A stretch of 64,000 nt of DNA, taken from the NCBI GenBank assembly GCA_034780895.1, contig JAUZTB010000087.1, positions 104,834,152 to 104,898,151 on the forward strand. The letters are read 5' to 3'. This document shows, in pieces, positions 48,461 through 64,000 of the stretch. Source of the DNA: Rhynchobatus australiae (Eukaryota). How positions within the stretch are numbered: the first letter of the stretch is position 1; every line of letters begins with the position of its first letter. Made by a program: the position numbers and the translations under genes. The notes beneath the pieces were generated by a model that did no database searches, was not told where the DNA came from, and was given only the letters and a program-made list of their open reading frames with translations.

Positions 48461-51400
48461 TATTTTAATGGATGTGCTTCCCGACAGCAGACATATTGGT
48501 CAATAATTGGGCATGGTTGACTTATGTCTGAGATGTAGTTGAAGCACTGAATGGGAAAATTGAATAAGGTGAAGAAGTACAACTTTTAGTTGAGGCACTA
48601 GACCCAACCAATGATGTGTAACACAACCAAAAGCCAGGTTTCATAGAGTCTGAAAAAGACGGAAGGTGAAACAGGATAACTGAATGTTCTGATTGAAATT
48701 CTACTGTAGATTCATATATTGCACAAACGGTAACTTGCGGTCTTATAATTTATACTTAACTGTATAACATGATAATGCTTCAGTCTTATACACTTTGACT
48801 GCTGGTACTGAATCAGCTTGGAATGTTAAGCTTTCCTTTGAAAGGTCTGCTGTGATTCAATGTGAAAAGCATGGCAGCTCATTAAATTAAGAGCCAAAGT
48901 GTAACACAGATCCCACATTCAGGGTTGGAATGCCACAGCTGTATTGCTTAAAACACATTCACTCATTTTCGTGAAGGAAGTGTGCAACTTGCAGCTGGCG
49001 CCGGAATCCATTCCTTTTATCCAGTTCATTGACTTCTGGTGTATAGTTTGCATTTACAGTATACTGTATGTTGGAGACCTGTGGCAACAAACTAACTCAA
49101 GGTATTAATTTGTTGTCTTGGCCAGATCTTGATTTTGAGTCTATTTGTAAGCATGCATGGATGCAAAAGCTGCCTCATGACAAGGCACCAGTCAGATTAA
49201 TGGAGTCTATTTGCTTGATAATGAGTGGATATTCCATTCAGCCAGCCATTTCCTCCAGGGTCACTAAGAAACGCTACCAGGTTTAAAGCTGCACATCAGG
49301 TTGGTATTTTGAAGGTTGCTTTGATAATATTCAACCCCGGTATTAAAAATGTATCTCAATATATTATTTCTAATATTTTTGTCTTCTGTTATCAATTATA
49401 GTTCATGAACAAATAATTTTGGCAGAAATGTTTTGGGTGAATTGGAGTGAACATGTCAGAGTGATGTATCCTACATGATGGACAATATTTTGGGTAATAT
49501 TCTTATTTTCAGATTCAAATAACACATCTCTGAAATGAACAGCTAATAACTCAGTAGCATATTCCTTGCAATTCCCAAAAGCAGTATTGTGGGGTCCATG
49601 ATTCACTTGAGGTTCTAACATCTACCATTGAATTTAATTGCTCCATCATTGGTCACAACTGAAAACTAGGTCTAAGATTTACAGTTGCCTTTATTGTCTT
49701 CCTTCCTTTCTTCCTTTTTAAGGCATTACCAATAGTCTACTGATTTAGTTGAGCTTTTTGTCTTTTGCTCTGGTATGTAGCTTAGTGTCACATTTTATTT
49801 GATAATGTTCCAGTGAAGTGCCTGGAGATGTTTTATTGTGTTAAAGGCATTATATAGAAATACCATTTTATACAGTACAAGAATAAGAGAAGCAATTCTA
49901 TCCTTCTAATAAGTACCATCATCAGATGTAATCAGTGTATTATGGTGATAATTGGGTGCAGTGTTCCACACCAGATGCATGTGCACAAATCTGATGACAT
50001 GACTGCAATGTGTTCATTGTAGTATGATTTTGCTTTTTTGTAAATTGGGATCCCTATAAAGTAAGAGCAGTATCTGAGCAACATTCCTTCTGCAATACAC
50101 TATCCACACAAAACAGGCACATCTAGGGAGGGGTGATTTTGCCAGTGATGCCTGAGATGAATTCTTGTTAAATGTATTACAATTCTGTAATGCTTAAATC
50201 AGCATTGCATATAATAATTCACATCATCTAGAAAAGTTAAAGGTGTGCATTGAAATATGCTAGACTATTATAATGATATTATTGACAATTCTACTTATTT
50301 ATAATGGCAGTTACAAAATGGGCTCAGAGTAATTGTTCCACCACTATTCTCGCGTGTTGGAGGTACCCCCGTCTCCATTGTATAACTGAAGTGACGGCTG
50401 GGTTATTACTATTGCTTGGTCCAGTGCATCTGCAGTAGGTAAGCCTTTATTTCACACTGCAGCAAGACAGGCCGCATATATCATGGAGTGGGACGTTGTC
50501 AGTTTATTTAGTTATTCATCGAACATTAACCAGGATTTAATGAAATTTTTAAAGAGCAGAATTTTATTGCACTGTGTACATACACAATGACTTGGTAACA
50601 AATTGCCACCTGATTCTATCTACGATTAACCGCATATGACCTCTTGTTCCTGTAGCCTGAACTATGTTGGGTTATTAAAATGGCGATTCTAATTATTCAG
50701 TTCTAATTGCAGAGAGATAAACGGCCGCGAATAAAGACGGGACGGAGAATGATATTTTTGCTTTACCATCTTAATCTCAATTTGTTTATTTTACAGTATG
50801 GCTATTGTATAGAATGATGGTTGTGCATTATACTTAACGAAAGGTCGGGACCTATCTTGAGGTCATATTGCTGCACAATATTGAAAATCAGCTGATCTCT
50901 TCTTCCGTGCATTTGACATTTCCAACTAATTGATAATTCCAAACTGAAACCCGAACAATCTTTCTGAAATAATTATTCCCCCATAGTCTCTGCAAAAGAA
51001 CACTCTTTCATCATTGTAGAAATCGTTTTCTGTTTAGGAATGCGTACCCTTATTGTAAGTGCACCTGCATGTAACTCATGGACAAGCCCCATTCTAACCG
51101 TTGGGCTACAAGTCCATTGTGGGGTTGGTGGAGATCGCGCTGGTCACTTCGTGTGGCAATGTTGTAATTATATTTTAAAATGTTTATATCTGAAATACCC
51201 GCACACGTAAAAATGAATGCATCTTAGAATATGCTGCACAGAACCACCAAAACAACTTCAGAATCTCCGCCCTCAAACACACATTTAACCTTAATTTGTG
51301 TTGTCTGCAAATCGTGCGCCCTAATAACGCCATGTCTATATTAAAGCGTTCATGATTATTTCCAGAAGCAAATGACCTTTTCTAAAAATGTTTTAAGTAG

Positions 51401-52182
51401 AGTAATAGCAGATATGTTCTTATTAGGACAATGCACAGATATATGACTAGCAACCAAAAACAGTTCAGTCTTCACTAAAGGAGTCAATGAAAGATCAAAT
51501 CAACAGTGTCCTGGCTGACAAGGAGATGCTTCGGAAACACTTAAACTCAGAGGTTCGGGGATGGGAAATGGGGTGCCGGTCAAAGTCCAATTAACTCACT
51601 TGCAAAACAAAGAAGGTACGAGAGCAAGAATTTGTTTAAGCTCCGGTTAGTTAAGCACTAAGACTAATGGTATAAGACTGTGGCCTACAGATTAACAGGA
51701 AAAGCTGCCGAGAATATTCGAGTGTTAAAGAGAATTTTTACCATGAAATCATTCAGAAAATTTCTCAAATAACGCAATTTAAAACATACTAAATACAAAT
51801 GGGTTATAAAATCAAGCAAAACACTGCAATGTGTCGAAAAGCTTAAATGCAAATCCATAATTACAAAAACTACACACCATTTAGGAACCGATATGAATGT
51901 AATATCATCACATCTCCAAGTTTATAAATAGAAATGGACATGTTTCTTAAATCTGACCTAAGTTCAAGCTGATTTCCATCGTAAACATTCTACCTTTTAA
52001 CCTGATTGTGGTTTGAAGATAAAACATGCTCAATTTGCCTGTGATATTGCAGTTTTACAGGAGTTAACCTTAATAGAGGAGAGTTTAATTTTTATAGAGG
52101 GGTTTGGATTCAACCAGCGAAGGAGCTTTAAAGAGACTTGAGTTACCGACGGCGACCTGGGTTTTGAATTAAAACAGAACTA

Positions 52183-53949
<1,767 letters not shown>

Positions 53950-53950
<1 letters not shown>

Positions 53951-54700
53951 CACTCACTTTCACTCATTCACTAACTCTCCAGTTCAATATCTCACTCACT
54001 GTCTCTCTCACTCACTCGCTGTCTCACTCACTGTCTCTCTCATGCACTGTCTCATTCACTGTCTTTCTCAATCACTGTCTCATTCATTGTCTCTTTCACT
54101 CACTGTCTCTCTCACTCACTGTCTCATTCACTGTCTCACTCACTGTCTTACTTACTCACTGTTTCTCACTCACTGTCTCACTCACTGTCTCTCTCATTCA
54201 CGGTCTCTCTCACTCACTGTCTCATTCATTGTCTCTTTCACTCACTGTCTCTCTCACTCACTGTCTCATTCATTGTCTCTCTCACTCACTGTCTCATTCA
54301 TTGTCTCTGTCACTCACTGTCTCATTCACTGTCTCACTCACTCACTGTCTCACTCACTCTCTCTCACTCACTGTCTCACTCACTCTCTCTCACTGTCTCA
54401 CTCATTGTCTCTCTCACTCACTGTCTCACTCACTGTCTCACTCACTGTCTCTCTTACTCACTGTGTCTCTCACTCACTGCTTCACTCTTGTCTCACTCAC
54501 TGTGTCTCTTACTCACTGTCTCATTGTCCCTCTCACTCACTGTCTCACTCACTCTCTCTCACGCACTGTCTCTCTCACTCGCTGTCTCTCTCCCTCAGTC
54601 TCCTTCACTTAGTAGTTGAATGTCTCACTCATGCACCGTTCCACTCAATTTCACTCACTTATTTCCTCATTGGTTCAACGTCCCAGTCAATGTCTGATAT
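53950..54700. repeat. Compound (CACT)/(CACTGTCT) minisatellite
   Basis: Dozens of CTCACTCACTGTCT-type units with variable CT and CATT spacers. It accounts for the low-complexity ORFs 54042-54737 and 54229-54612. Confidence 0.95.
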
Positions 54701-55349
54701 GTCTCCCTCACACTCTTTCACACATTTTTATCTTTAATCTGCGCTCTTATCTCATCATTGGACTATCACTCTTATCTCATCTCTGGACTATCATTTCACA
54801 CGCACATACATTTCCCCATTCACTGGTTCATGCGCTAATTCACTCTTTGTTCTATTCATTCGTTCAAAGACTGGTTCATTCATTCCCCACTCGCCCACTT
54901 GGAATGCAACAGCTAATCAAGAAGCTAGATTTGGCGCTATCTAATCGGATGGGGGGAGGCAGCGCAGTGTACGCACGTCCTTCAGCTGAGGAGNNNNNNN
55001 NNNGTTCAAGTTCAGAAAGTTTCGCACCACGACGCCTCTGCACTGTTATACTCGAAATATCGCATTTTCTGTGCAATCCATGTTAATCCTAACTGTTATT
55101 GGAATGTCCGCCATTATATCAGGTTGACTTGCTTTCAGCGGAATTCATATTTTGGACATACCATACCATAATAGGGAAAATGCTGCGCGTTCGGCTTCTC
55201 TCCGTCTGGGCCATGTTGTTTGTAGGTGGGTGAGTGAGCCGCCTGACTGAAATGGTGCCATGTCACGCGTGCTACTTACCAGTGTTTCCCTATGCAGAGT
55301 GACAACACACTGTGACCTTGATCACTGAATGAAACTTCCAACTCCAACA

Positions 55350-56500
55350 TTTGGTTTTCTGACTGACATTATTATATCCTAAACAGGGGACTGATATTAT
55401 GAACTTGATTCTCATTACTGTAGTGCTAGTAAGGCACTATCCATTACATTGAAGTTACCTGACCAAACGAGATAACGGTACTGCTGTTAGGTCATTAATA
55501 TTATACTTATGTGATATTGTAGTAACTATGCGGGATTACAAAACTGATGCTATTACATTGTAGTTAAAGCATTGTGTAGTTACATCATTTTGCCGTTATA
55601 TAGCGGACATATACACGTGACGTTGACTTATTGTTTGATTGACATGTTTTAGCTTGAGGCTGATACCTCAATACCGTTCCTATTAGGCCAGCGTTATTAT
55701 ACTGTTATTAGGTGAGTCGCAAGAATTATATTGTAGTATATCACTGACTGTTATTTTAAACTCATCTGATCGACGATTATGTGTGATCGACATATTCCAT
55801 TGCAATTATGTGACATGTTATGGTATTGTCTGATATATTGCAGTTTTATGATTGACATTATATTAAACATACGTGTAACTAATTATACTTTAGTTATGTG
55901 ACGATATATGTGTGTGATTATATGACAAACACAATTATGTTTTAGTTATAAAATTCACATTATCACACTACAGTTATTAAGTTGATATTATTAAATAGTT
56001 GCATAATACGCAACATATTTAATCATTGTATCATATTACTATTGCGTATTAACATAACTGATATACCGCGGTTAAAGGGAAATGTAAGGGAACCTTTGCT
56101 ACGGAGAGAATAGTTATAATTTGGAACTCACTGTGAGGGTAGTGGAAGCAAGCGTCAATCAATGCTTTCGAAAGGGACTTCCTTTGGCGTTTAAGAGGAT
56201 GCAGTTCGCAGCGTTACGGCGAAAGAACGGGGAAATGGGGCTGATAGATTGTTCTGCTAGAAAGTAGTTGTGCTGTAACAATTCAATAGTTTTATCAAGG
56301 TGTAATTAGTATTATTATATCCATATGTCTAAGTCTTGAATATTTATATGACTGAATTGTGTTTATATGTGACTGATATTATTGTATGGCAGTTATCTGA
56401 CTGGGATTATTATGTTATTGGATGTTGATTAACATTATTTACATATTTGTTTTGTGACTACTATGACTGAGTTATAATATGTGATTGAAATTATATAACA
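55350..56500. repeat. Decayed AT-rich tandem repeat (unit roughly GTTATGTGACTGATATTATTATATTGTA)
   Basis: Recurring TGACTGA(C/T)AT(A)TTATT and TTGTAGTTATGTGA motifs, interrupted by a CR1 piece at ~56070-56290. Confidence 0.65.
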
Positions 56501-58980
56501 CCATGGAAGATGGCAGTTCAATTTGGGGAGACCTTTTAAGAGTATGAACTCTTTGGCTTTATATGCAGACAGTGTCAAAACAAAGGAGTAATGTTAAACA
56601 TAATGCATCATTGGTCAGGACCCAACTGAAGTACTGTATTTGATCCAGTCTCTGAAATAATTTAAGGTCTTTGAGAGCACATGGGAATATTTGGTAAAAG
56701 GTTACTAGAAATCCTGGAATTCAGATGGAAAATCTGTGTTGACATCTTGAGAGCAGAGAAAAATGACTATGGATTTAACAGAAGGGTTCAAAATCATTTG
56801 ATTTTGATAGTGTATACAACAACAGCTTAAACATTGTGCCTTTCATACAGGTGAATGATGCAAATTTGAAGGACTGTTAACATGTAAAATTTAAGACTGC
56901 GACACAAAGAGGTATTAGGACGGGTCTGTTCCCTGCTCTGTCATGCAAGTTTTAAGTAGTTTCTCTACAGAGGAGAGGATGGAAGAAAGGCAAAGAATTT
57001 GGGAGGGATTTCCAGAGCTGGAGTCCAGGCAGCTGAGGGAATGTTCTCCAGTGATGATACATAATAAACAGGACTGGCATGGGCAAAAGCCCAGCACTGG
57101 AGGAACACAGAGATCTCAGTAGGCTGTAAAAATTAAGAATAGGCTAGGCCTTGGAGAAATTTCTGAGGAGGAATTTCTTCAGCCAGAAGGTGGTGAATCT
57201 GTGGAATTCATTGCCACAGACGGCTGTGGAGGCCAAGTCATTGGGTATATTTAAAGTGGAGTTTGGTAGGTTCTTGATTAATAAGGGTGTCAAAGGTTCT
57301 GGGGAGAAGGCAGGAGAATGGGGTTGAGAGGGGAAAATAAATCAGCCGTGATTGGATGGCAGAGCAGACTCGATGGGCCAAATGGCCTAATTCTGCTCCT
57401 GTGTCTTATGGTCTAAATATAAAAGTAGAATGAGAATTGAAGAGTAAGTGTAGGTAAGTGAACCTGTGAATGCACAGGAATCCTCAGAGCTAATGTAGAT
57501 TGTAGGTTAGTAGTAGAAGGCAGAGATTTAATATAGTTGACAAAAGAACCAGTGTTGAAAAGAGGATGATTTATTTTACCCAATTACCCAATGGAATATG
57601 CTGCCTGAAAGTGTGGTTGAAACTGATTCAATAATAACTTTCAAAAGGTAATTGGATAAACACTGTAAGTGAAAATATTTTCAATGTTGTGGTGAAAGAA
57701 TGTGAGTCTTTTTTACTTTTGGTACAAGCAGGATGGGTTGTTCTGGTCCCTTAGTTGCATCATGCTATGACTCCATATTGTAATCTTGGGAATTGCTATA
57801 TTGATGGTAATCTGTACATTAATATTTCTGTCAAGTGTTTGGTCTTTTGTGTTGCAAATAATGCTTGCAATTTATTGATTTTAATCACTCTTCTTGTAAT
57901 TTCAACTGGGCCACTGACTCTCAGATACCATCATCTCACCCCGCCAGCGCCCCCCCCACCCCATGCTCTGGTATCAAATCTTTGGATGGTTTTCTGTGTT
58001 AATGATGCTAAATAAACGTCAGACAAAGGATAGACAATGGTAGGATGACAGAAGGTCGAATTTTGAAGATATTAGCCATTTCGTTCTTCAAGAATGTTTG
58101 ATATGTTACCAAATGGGGGATTACAGCTAAGGCCAGGACATGTCAAAACAGGGGACAGATTGTAGGATGGGTTATAACTGGTTATAAAACAGAAACCAAA
58201 ATAGAGGAGGAGATGACGATAATTATTGTAACTGGCTGAAGCGATGTTCCAGAAGAATTAAAACCGAGATCTGCTTTAATGCTGTTTAACGTTTATATAA
58301 TGGATTAAATGTGAGAACTGGAAGTACAATTTCCAAATGTCCAGGCTACAGAGAACTGCGAATTATAATTAGTACCGAGGAGGGCTGTGACAGGCTACAG
58401 GGAGTCAACACATTTTTTGCACACTGGTTACAAACAGAAATCAGTGTGAATATATGTGTACTGATGCATTTGGTAGAAAGAACAAGGACTCCATATAGGA
58501 AATATGTAGCTCAATGGGTTAGGGGAGCAGAGGGATCTGAGGGTGGAGTAATAAAAATAAGTAAAGACTGTAATGCAGATTTATAACTCCCCGAAAAGGC
58601 AAACAGTTATGCTAAATGTATAAAACATTCGCTTTGACCTGACTTGGAATAGTTCTGCTTTTTATATTATTAAAAAAATGCTACGGGGGCTCTAGGGTAG
58701 GTGTAAAAACAATTTAATAAAAAAAGCTTAAACGGGCTCTAGAACAGAAGGGGCTGAAAGATGACCTGATTCAAAAATAGTGAACTTAAGGGAGGGTTCT
58801 TTATCCAGACAGGCAGGGATTTTGAACCTCTGTCATAGGTCGCTAATAAAGGCAAGGATAGAATCAGTGTTAGATAAAGGATAGCAATTGATGTGGGTCA
58901 GACGAAGAAAAACTGGAGGAAGTTTGTATGGATCATAAGGATCTGCAAGGCTTATTGGATTGAACGGCCTGTTCCCGCAA
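56070..58980. mobile_element. Patchwork of old CR1 and L2 fragments
   Basis: CR1-like pieces at ~56070-56290, 56550-56810, 57500-57770 and 58100-58980 (plus). L2-like piece at ~56810-57150 (minus). All highly decayed. Confidence 0.5.
57165..57415 (+). mobile_element. CR1 LINE 3' end (younger family)
   Basis: GAGGAGGAATTTCTTCAGCCAGAAGGTGGTGAATCTGTGGAATTCATTGCCACAG...GGCCTAATTCTGCTCCTGTGTCTTATGGTCT. Confidence 0.88.
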
Positions 58981-60447
58981 CCATAAAGCGAAATGCAGCA
59001 GATGATGAAACTCTGAAATTAAAGCAGGAAATGCTGTTAATAATCAGCAGGTCTTGGTGCTTTAGATGCCACGTAAGGCCATGTAATTTGTTATGTCATT
59101 GCTTATTATATTGCAAATGTAAGCTTTACATTATTAATTAATACGATCAGCTAAATTATAGTATCAGAAGGTGACTGAGATAGTACCATTACGTGACTAT
59201 CTTTTTCTTAATGAAATTATCTGACTGATGTTTTTATAAGGCCTCGTTCTGATGTGATACTGTGCCTTTGACCTGGCGCTTTCTGATTACCCGTAATTAT
59301 TTTTGTTAACGCCAGATCCAAATGATTGCTCCAAGTGAATTCTGAATGACAGACTGCGGGTGTGAACGCGGGACTTCGCCACAATTGTTTGGTAGCAATG
59401 AGAAGGCGAAGAAAGTTGCAGCCCGATGGAGTTCCTTAGGTATGGAGAGCAGATCTCACCCTCTAGGGCAGACTATTTGAAAATCTTGGAGTAATTCATT
59501 CCAGCAGTACATCTGCACGACCCAGGATTACGCAACCTTCTACTTACGTTGTTGCATAATAACACTACATTTTTGTTTTTTTTCAAATGTGCTGGATATG
59601 AGAAAATAAAGTTTGCAATATTTCTGTATCGAATTAAATATACATATGTCAAACCTACTATGTTGTTAGAACATCAGTGTTTCGATTCAGTAATGTTACA
59701 AGAGGAAACGAGCAGTGTAACATTTGAACTGCATTTCTTAATTGATATAAATACTGCTAAATAATATAAAAATCAGAAGTGAGAATTGGTAAATAAAAAC
59801 GGAATTCAAGCAGAAAGTGTTCCAATGTTACCACGCCAGGCTAAGTTCTATTTGGCAGACGGTGTGTTCCACTTTCTACATTTCTCCTCTGAGTTAAGTA
59901 CCAAAGTGCATAAAGAACTGGGTTTATCGGGCTGAGGTGTTTGTCGTTGCGACTTGTTACCCAAGTCTTTCAAACACTGGCGGTAAAATCCAACGAGCTT
60001 GATGCAATACGTCGATATAATAGTACACGCTCTATTTGCACTCATTCAGTCTTAATCAGAAAGAAACGCGATGACCCAGTATGTGCAAACATTCACTCCT
60101 AAGTATGCGTTCTAAAATTGTAATTCTAAATATGACCAATTTATCTTATCACCTTGCCCGCCCATTTGAATAAACGCACTCTCGTTCACATGTGTACTTT
60201 TTTAAACATGTGGACTGTTATTTTCCCGGTTCAAAATCATAAAGGGCGCAGCAAAATGAATAACATGGCATTCCGGATGCTTCGTCAATCGTCTGGGCAT
60301 TTTTATTTGTCNNNNNNNNNNNNNNNNNNNNNNNNNNNNNNNNNNNNNNNNNNNNNNNNNNNNNNNNNNNNNNNNNNNNNNNNNNNNNNNNNNNNNNNNN
60401 NNNNNNNNNNNNNNNNNNNNNNNNNNNNNNNNNNNNNNNNNNNNNNA

Positions 60448-60575
60448 GCATCGGCGCAGAGGGAAACAATGTCAACGTCTGAGTTCAAGAAGCCTTCATC
60501 AGATGGCGTTTGACCAGCTGAGAGCTTCAAGAATTTTCTCTTTTGGTTTCAGATTTCCAGCATCTGCATTTTATG
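60448..60575. mobile_element. Inverted decayed short Penelope-derived element
   Basis: Minus strand 60503-60471 reads TCTGATGAAGGCTTCTTGAACTCAGACGTTGAC. Plus strand 60511-60575 reads TGACCAGCTGAG ... TTTCAGATTTCCAGCATCTGCA. Confidence 0.6.
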
Positions 60576-63465
60576 CTCCAAAGACATGTGTCCTCCACAG
60601 ACACTCGAATAATTAATTTTGAGAGTATATGTTGCTTGGTTAATGTGAACTACTGTATACAAAATTATTTATTTCTATTATCTCTCCATATCTATATTAA
60701 CTATTAATAAAAATAATTTCATATCTATCTCAATAGTATTTCTTTTCTGCCCTCTTCCCATGAATGCAAATCTGCTTCTTAACTTGCGGGTTGTTTCTTG
60801 GTTGATGGGAAGATAGCATACTACGGGGAATGGAATATCACTTTGGAAGAACCGGTTCAGTTGCAACGGGCCGAACAGCCTCGTTCTGTTTTAGGAGAAA
60901 TCTCATTCTCCACAGGTTTCTACAATTGCCGTTTTACCTCATTTAAGAAAAAGCCAGTGGTATATTCATATGTGGGGCCTCTTTGCAAAAGGGANNNNNN
61001 NNNNTTGCAAAGAATCGCTGGCCGTGTTATAAAAATTACCTGCTCTATTGACGCCATTCGATCATTTAAGACGCACTTCAATTTATAAATACTTCGCCGC
61101 GGAGATTATTTTATGTAATTAATGGGGATTATCCTTGGCGCAGTTTTAAACGCTAATTGTGAGGCAACATGATTTTCAGCAACACTCAATGTACCGCAGA
61201 TTACGGTCTCTTGCGGTAAAACCATTTATACAGGAAAACTCCATCTGCCATTCTTAACTTGTAAATGAATTATTTGTCACTTGAAGATCATGCATTCCCA
61301 CGCTCTGTGAGACTTAACCGGAGCGCGGAAATTGAATTTAATGCATCGACACCGTGATTTTATATAATATGTCCTCTTTTATTTATGATCCAATTGCACA
61401 GGTTACACATGGATAAACTATGGTTTTCCCGACCCATTGTTATAACGGAGATGTTGTCCGGATACTTTGCAGATGGAAGGATCAGAGCATCTGAAGGACA
61501 AAGAGTAATCCCTGCCAAAGGATGTGGCGAAAGAGCAAACGGGTCAGCAAATGTATCAAAACATAGATGGACGTAGGGATTACAATATTAAAGGGTTAAT
61601 TAAAAGACTTCTTAAGCATAGCTGGGAAGTTTTCAGTGTCATTTCCACTTGCATTATTAAGCTATTTTTTCACCTTGACAAGACAATGAGAAGTTCAGAG
61701 AGGACTGGGAATAAAAGATTTTTTTAAAAAATATAATCCTGCAGAAGTATCGAGTAATTAAACGAATGGGTCGCCGGGCTGTTTCCCTTAGAGGTACGAC
61801 AGTGATTTAGAAACACAAATTGGACAAATTAAACCGACTTTGATAGTTTTACATTTCTGAATTCCGATAGTTTTAAAGAAACATTTTGAATTTTTTTTAA
61901 AGCAATCGAATCGGAGCTGCATTAAAATCTGCATGATGTTCAATTTTTTTTTAAAAAAAGAATACAAGCATAGAAAGAAAAATAGATCGGGTAACTGCGA
62001 ATAAAAGGTGACTTTTTTAAGCGAACTCATTAGTCTGGTCCATAGCACCGCTCGACAGTTCGGATTAATTTGAACAGAATGCTTAAATAGTAACTCTGTT
62101 TTAGTGAACTATTTCAAGCTTCCCACGAGTGCGTGCTGCTGGAACCTATTCAGGGAGCAAGTGGCCGAGAATACCTGAGCCCTCTACAGCTGCGAAGGGT
62201 TCTTGTGGACTAATCAGTTAACTTATTTATTTTGTTTCACTAGCTGCGATACTTAAGCTATCACTTTCTTACAACCTGCCATCTCTGATGGATTAATGCA
62301 AGTGGCCGATATGGAAAAAAAAACCCACCAGATGCTTAGCACTGCCGGCATGTGAACCGGTAAGGTTCTGAAATCCTCTCGCTCCTCTTCCCCTAGCCTT
62401 TCACCGTTTCCCGGCTCGAATTTGTAGTTCTCTCGAGTTGGGCTACACACTATCCAAACTGACCGAACATCACCAATTGATAGCCTTCCTCTTCAATCTA
62501 TCTTTGCACTTGTCGGTAATCAAACTCTCTGCCCAGAATCGTCAGTTTAGTAGGCGCCATCCAAAACAAAAATAATTGCTTTTTTAAAAAGTCTCGTTTT
62601 TAAACTGGTATATTCTCCGCGCCCCCGGGCGCCTNNNNNNNNNNNNNNNNNNNNNNNNNNNNNNNNNNNNNNNNNNNNNNNNNNNNNNNNNNNNNNNNNN
62701 NNTTAAATTCAATCTGCAGCCTGGTTTTGAAATAACACTGTGGTAATTTGCTGCATTTGTAATTATTCAAGCATTTGTCTGTTTCAATGTTCGAATAATT
62801 ACAACGGAACAAACCCAGCCAAAGACGGATAGACTAATTGAAGAGATTACTGGATGAGTCGTGATATATATATATAATATGAACGCGAATAAGATCAAGC
62901 GCTTTCAAAAATTCTACTGCAGTACATATATCACACGCCCCTGTCAAGTGGTGTTTATGTATCCGCGCGGTGGGCTTTCTACTGAATGGTTAACGTTTAC
63001 ACAACTCGAAAGCACACTGTCGAACTCAAAGCAGAGCCCACAGAATGTCTGGAGAGAAATCCATTAACGTGAAAGTTACCCTAAATATGATAGCATGCCT
63101 TGAACACCGAATATAGGTACTAGCTGAAATTCAGATTACTTGAACTGAGACAGATTTTCATGGAGAGAAGTATTAAGTTGTTCCTTAATACAGCTCCCAT
63201 CTGGTGAACGAATGTTGAACGGGTGATATCAGCCGACTAACGTGAAAAAGCGCGAGCAAAACCTCTCAGAGTACCTGAACTTTAGAATGTAAAAATGTAT
63301 TGAGGAAGCTTTTAGAAATGATCTGCATTAACAGGACGAGTGCCACTGAGACCAGTGAAGTCTCACTGCTGCCAGGTACATCGAATTTGCTTGGATTTCC
63401 CAATGCATATAAGGAAAAATAAGCAGACAATATGGGTTGTAATCGGACACTATTAGTTGGTTAGT

Positions 63466-63596
63466 GGAGACACGAGAGACTGCAGATGCTGGAATGTGGA
63501 GCAAGAAACAACCTGCTGGAGGAACCCAGCGGGTCGAGCAGCATCTGTTGGGGGAAAGGAATCGTCGACTTTTGGATCGAAATCCTGCATCAGGAC
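63466..63596 (-). mobile_element. Short Penelope-derived element (~130 bp) with decayed hammerhead
   Basis: Minus strand reads GTC-CTGATGC-A-GGAT(TTCG)ATCC-AAAA-GTC-GAC ... CAGATGCTGCTCGACCCGCTGGGTTCCTCCAGC ... CATTCCAGCATCTGCAGTCTCTCGTGTCTCC. Flanked by TTAGTTGGTTAGT and TTAATTGGTCAGT (11 of 13 match). Confidence 0.75.
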
Positions 63597-63797
63597 TTAA
63601 TTGGTCAGTTTTCATTTTTCTTTGCAATTGCCCCAATTCTTTCGATATTGACACCAAATAATTCTGGCAGCCCAACAAGTGATTGGGATACTGATGTAAA
63701 GTAAATGGTGTACCGGAGATTTCGGACGAGCGGTTGGATGCTTGTGATTTCTGTGGTTTAAGCTCTCCTGGAGGTTGGGATTTTGAAGTGTCGACTC

Positions 63798-63922
63798 TTT
63801 CTGATGAAGGCTCTTCGATCTGCAACGTAAATTCGACTTCTTTTCCACAGATGCTGCCTGTACTACTGAACAACGTTAGCATTTTCCAATTTTATTTCAG
63901 ATTTCCAGCTTCTGCAGTTTTC
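63798..63922 (+). mobile_element. Older short Penelope-derived element with decayed hammerhead
   Basis: CTGATGA-AGGCTCTTCGATCT-GCAACGTA, then TCCACAGATGCTGCCTG ... TTTCAGATTTCCAGCTTCTGCAG. Confidence 0.65.
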
Positions 63923-64000
63923 AGAATTTCAATTACAGTAAAGTGCCTTTGGCAGTGGGATGCTCTCTTAGAGTTGCGGAGCTAAACGACTTTAGGTCTT

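Noticed and set aside
54042-54737. 231-aa His/Ser/Leu/Cys-rich ORF, the longest in the track
   Set aside because: It is a translation of the CACT/CTGT minisatellite, with no protein-like complexity or splice context.

Overview
Eukaryotic (vertebrate) genomic DNA with many N gaps. The repeat content points to a cartilaginous fish (inference). The only protein-coding gene is the 5' half of single-minded 2 (SIM2, a bHLH-PAS transcription factor) on the minus strand. Coding exons 1-6 lie at 52392-52218, 23422-23340, 23004-22915, 17924-~17816 (3' end in a gap), 5951-5866 and 1650-1451; all visible splice sites are GT/AG. The gene continues beyond the left edge of the window. The rest is intron and upstream DNA containing decayed CR1, RTE, Rex1/Babar, L2 and Penelope-like retroelements, tRNA-derived SINEs, microsatellites and two satellite blocks. 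The other ORFs in the track are spurious or retroelement remnants. The most notable unannotated structure is a dispersed family of ~130-150 bp Penelope-derived elements headed by a minimal type I hammerhead ribozyme motif (CTGATGA-stem II-GAAAC-GTC). One copy looks intact (40808-40845) and about ten are decayed. Several copies are flanked by target-site duplications, one shows twin-priming geometry, and many sit as inverted pairs. Repeat boundaries are approximate and family names come from recalled motifs, not from a database search.
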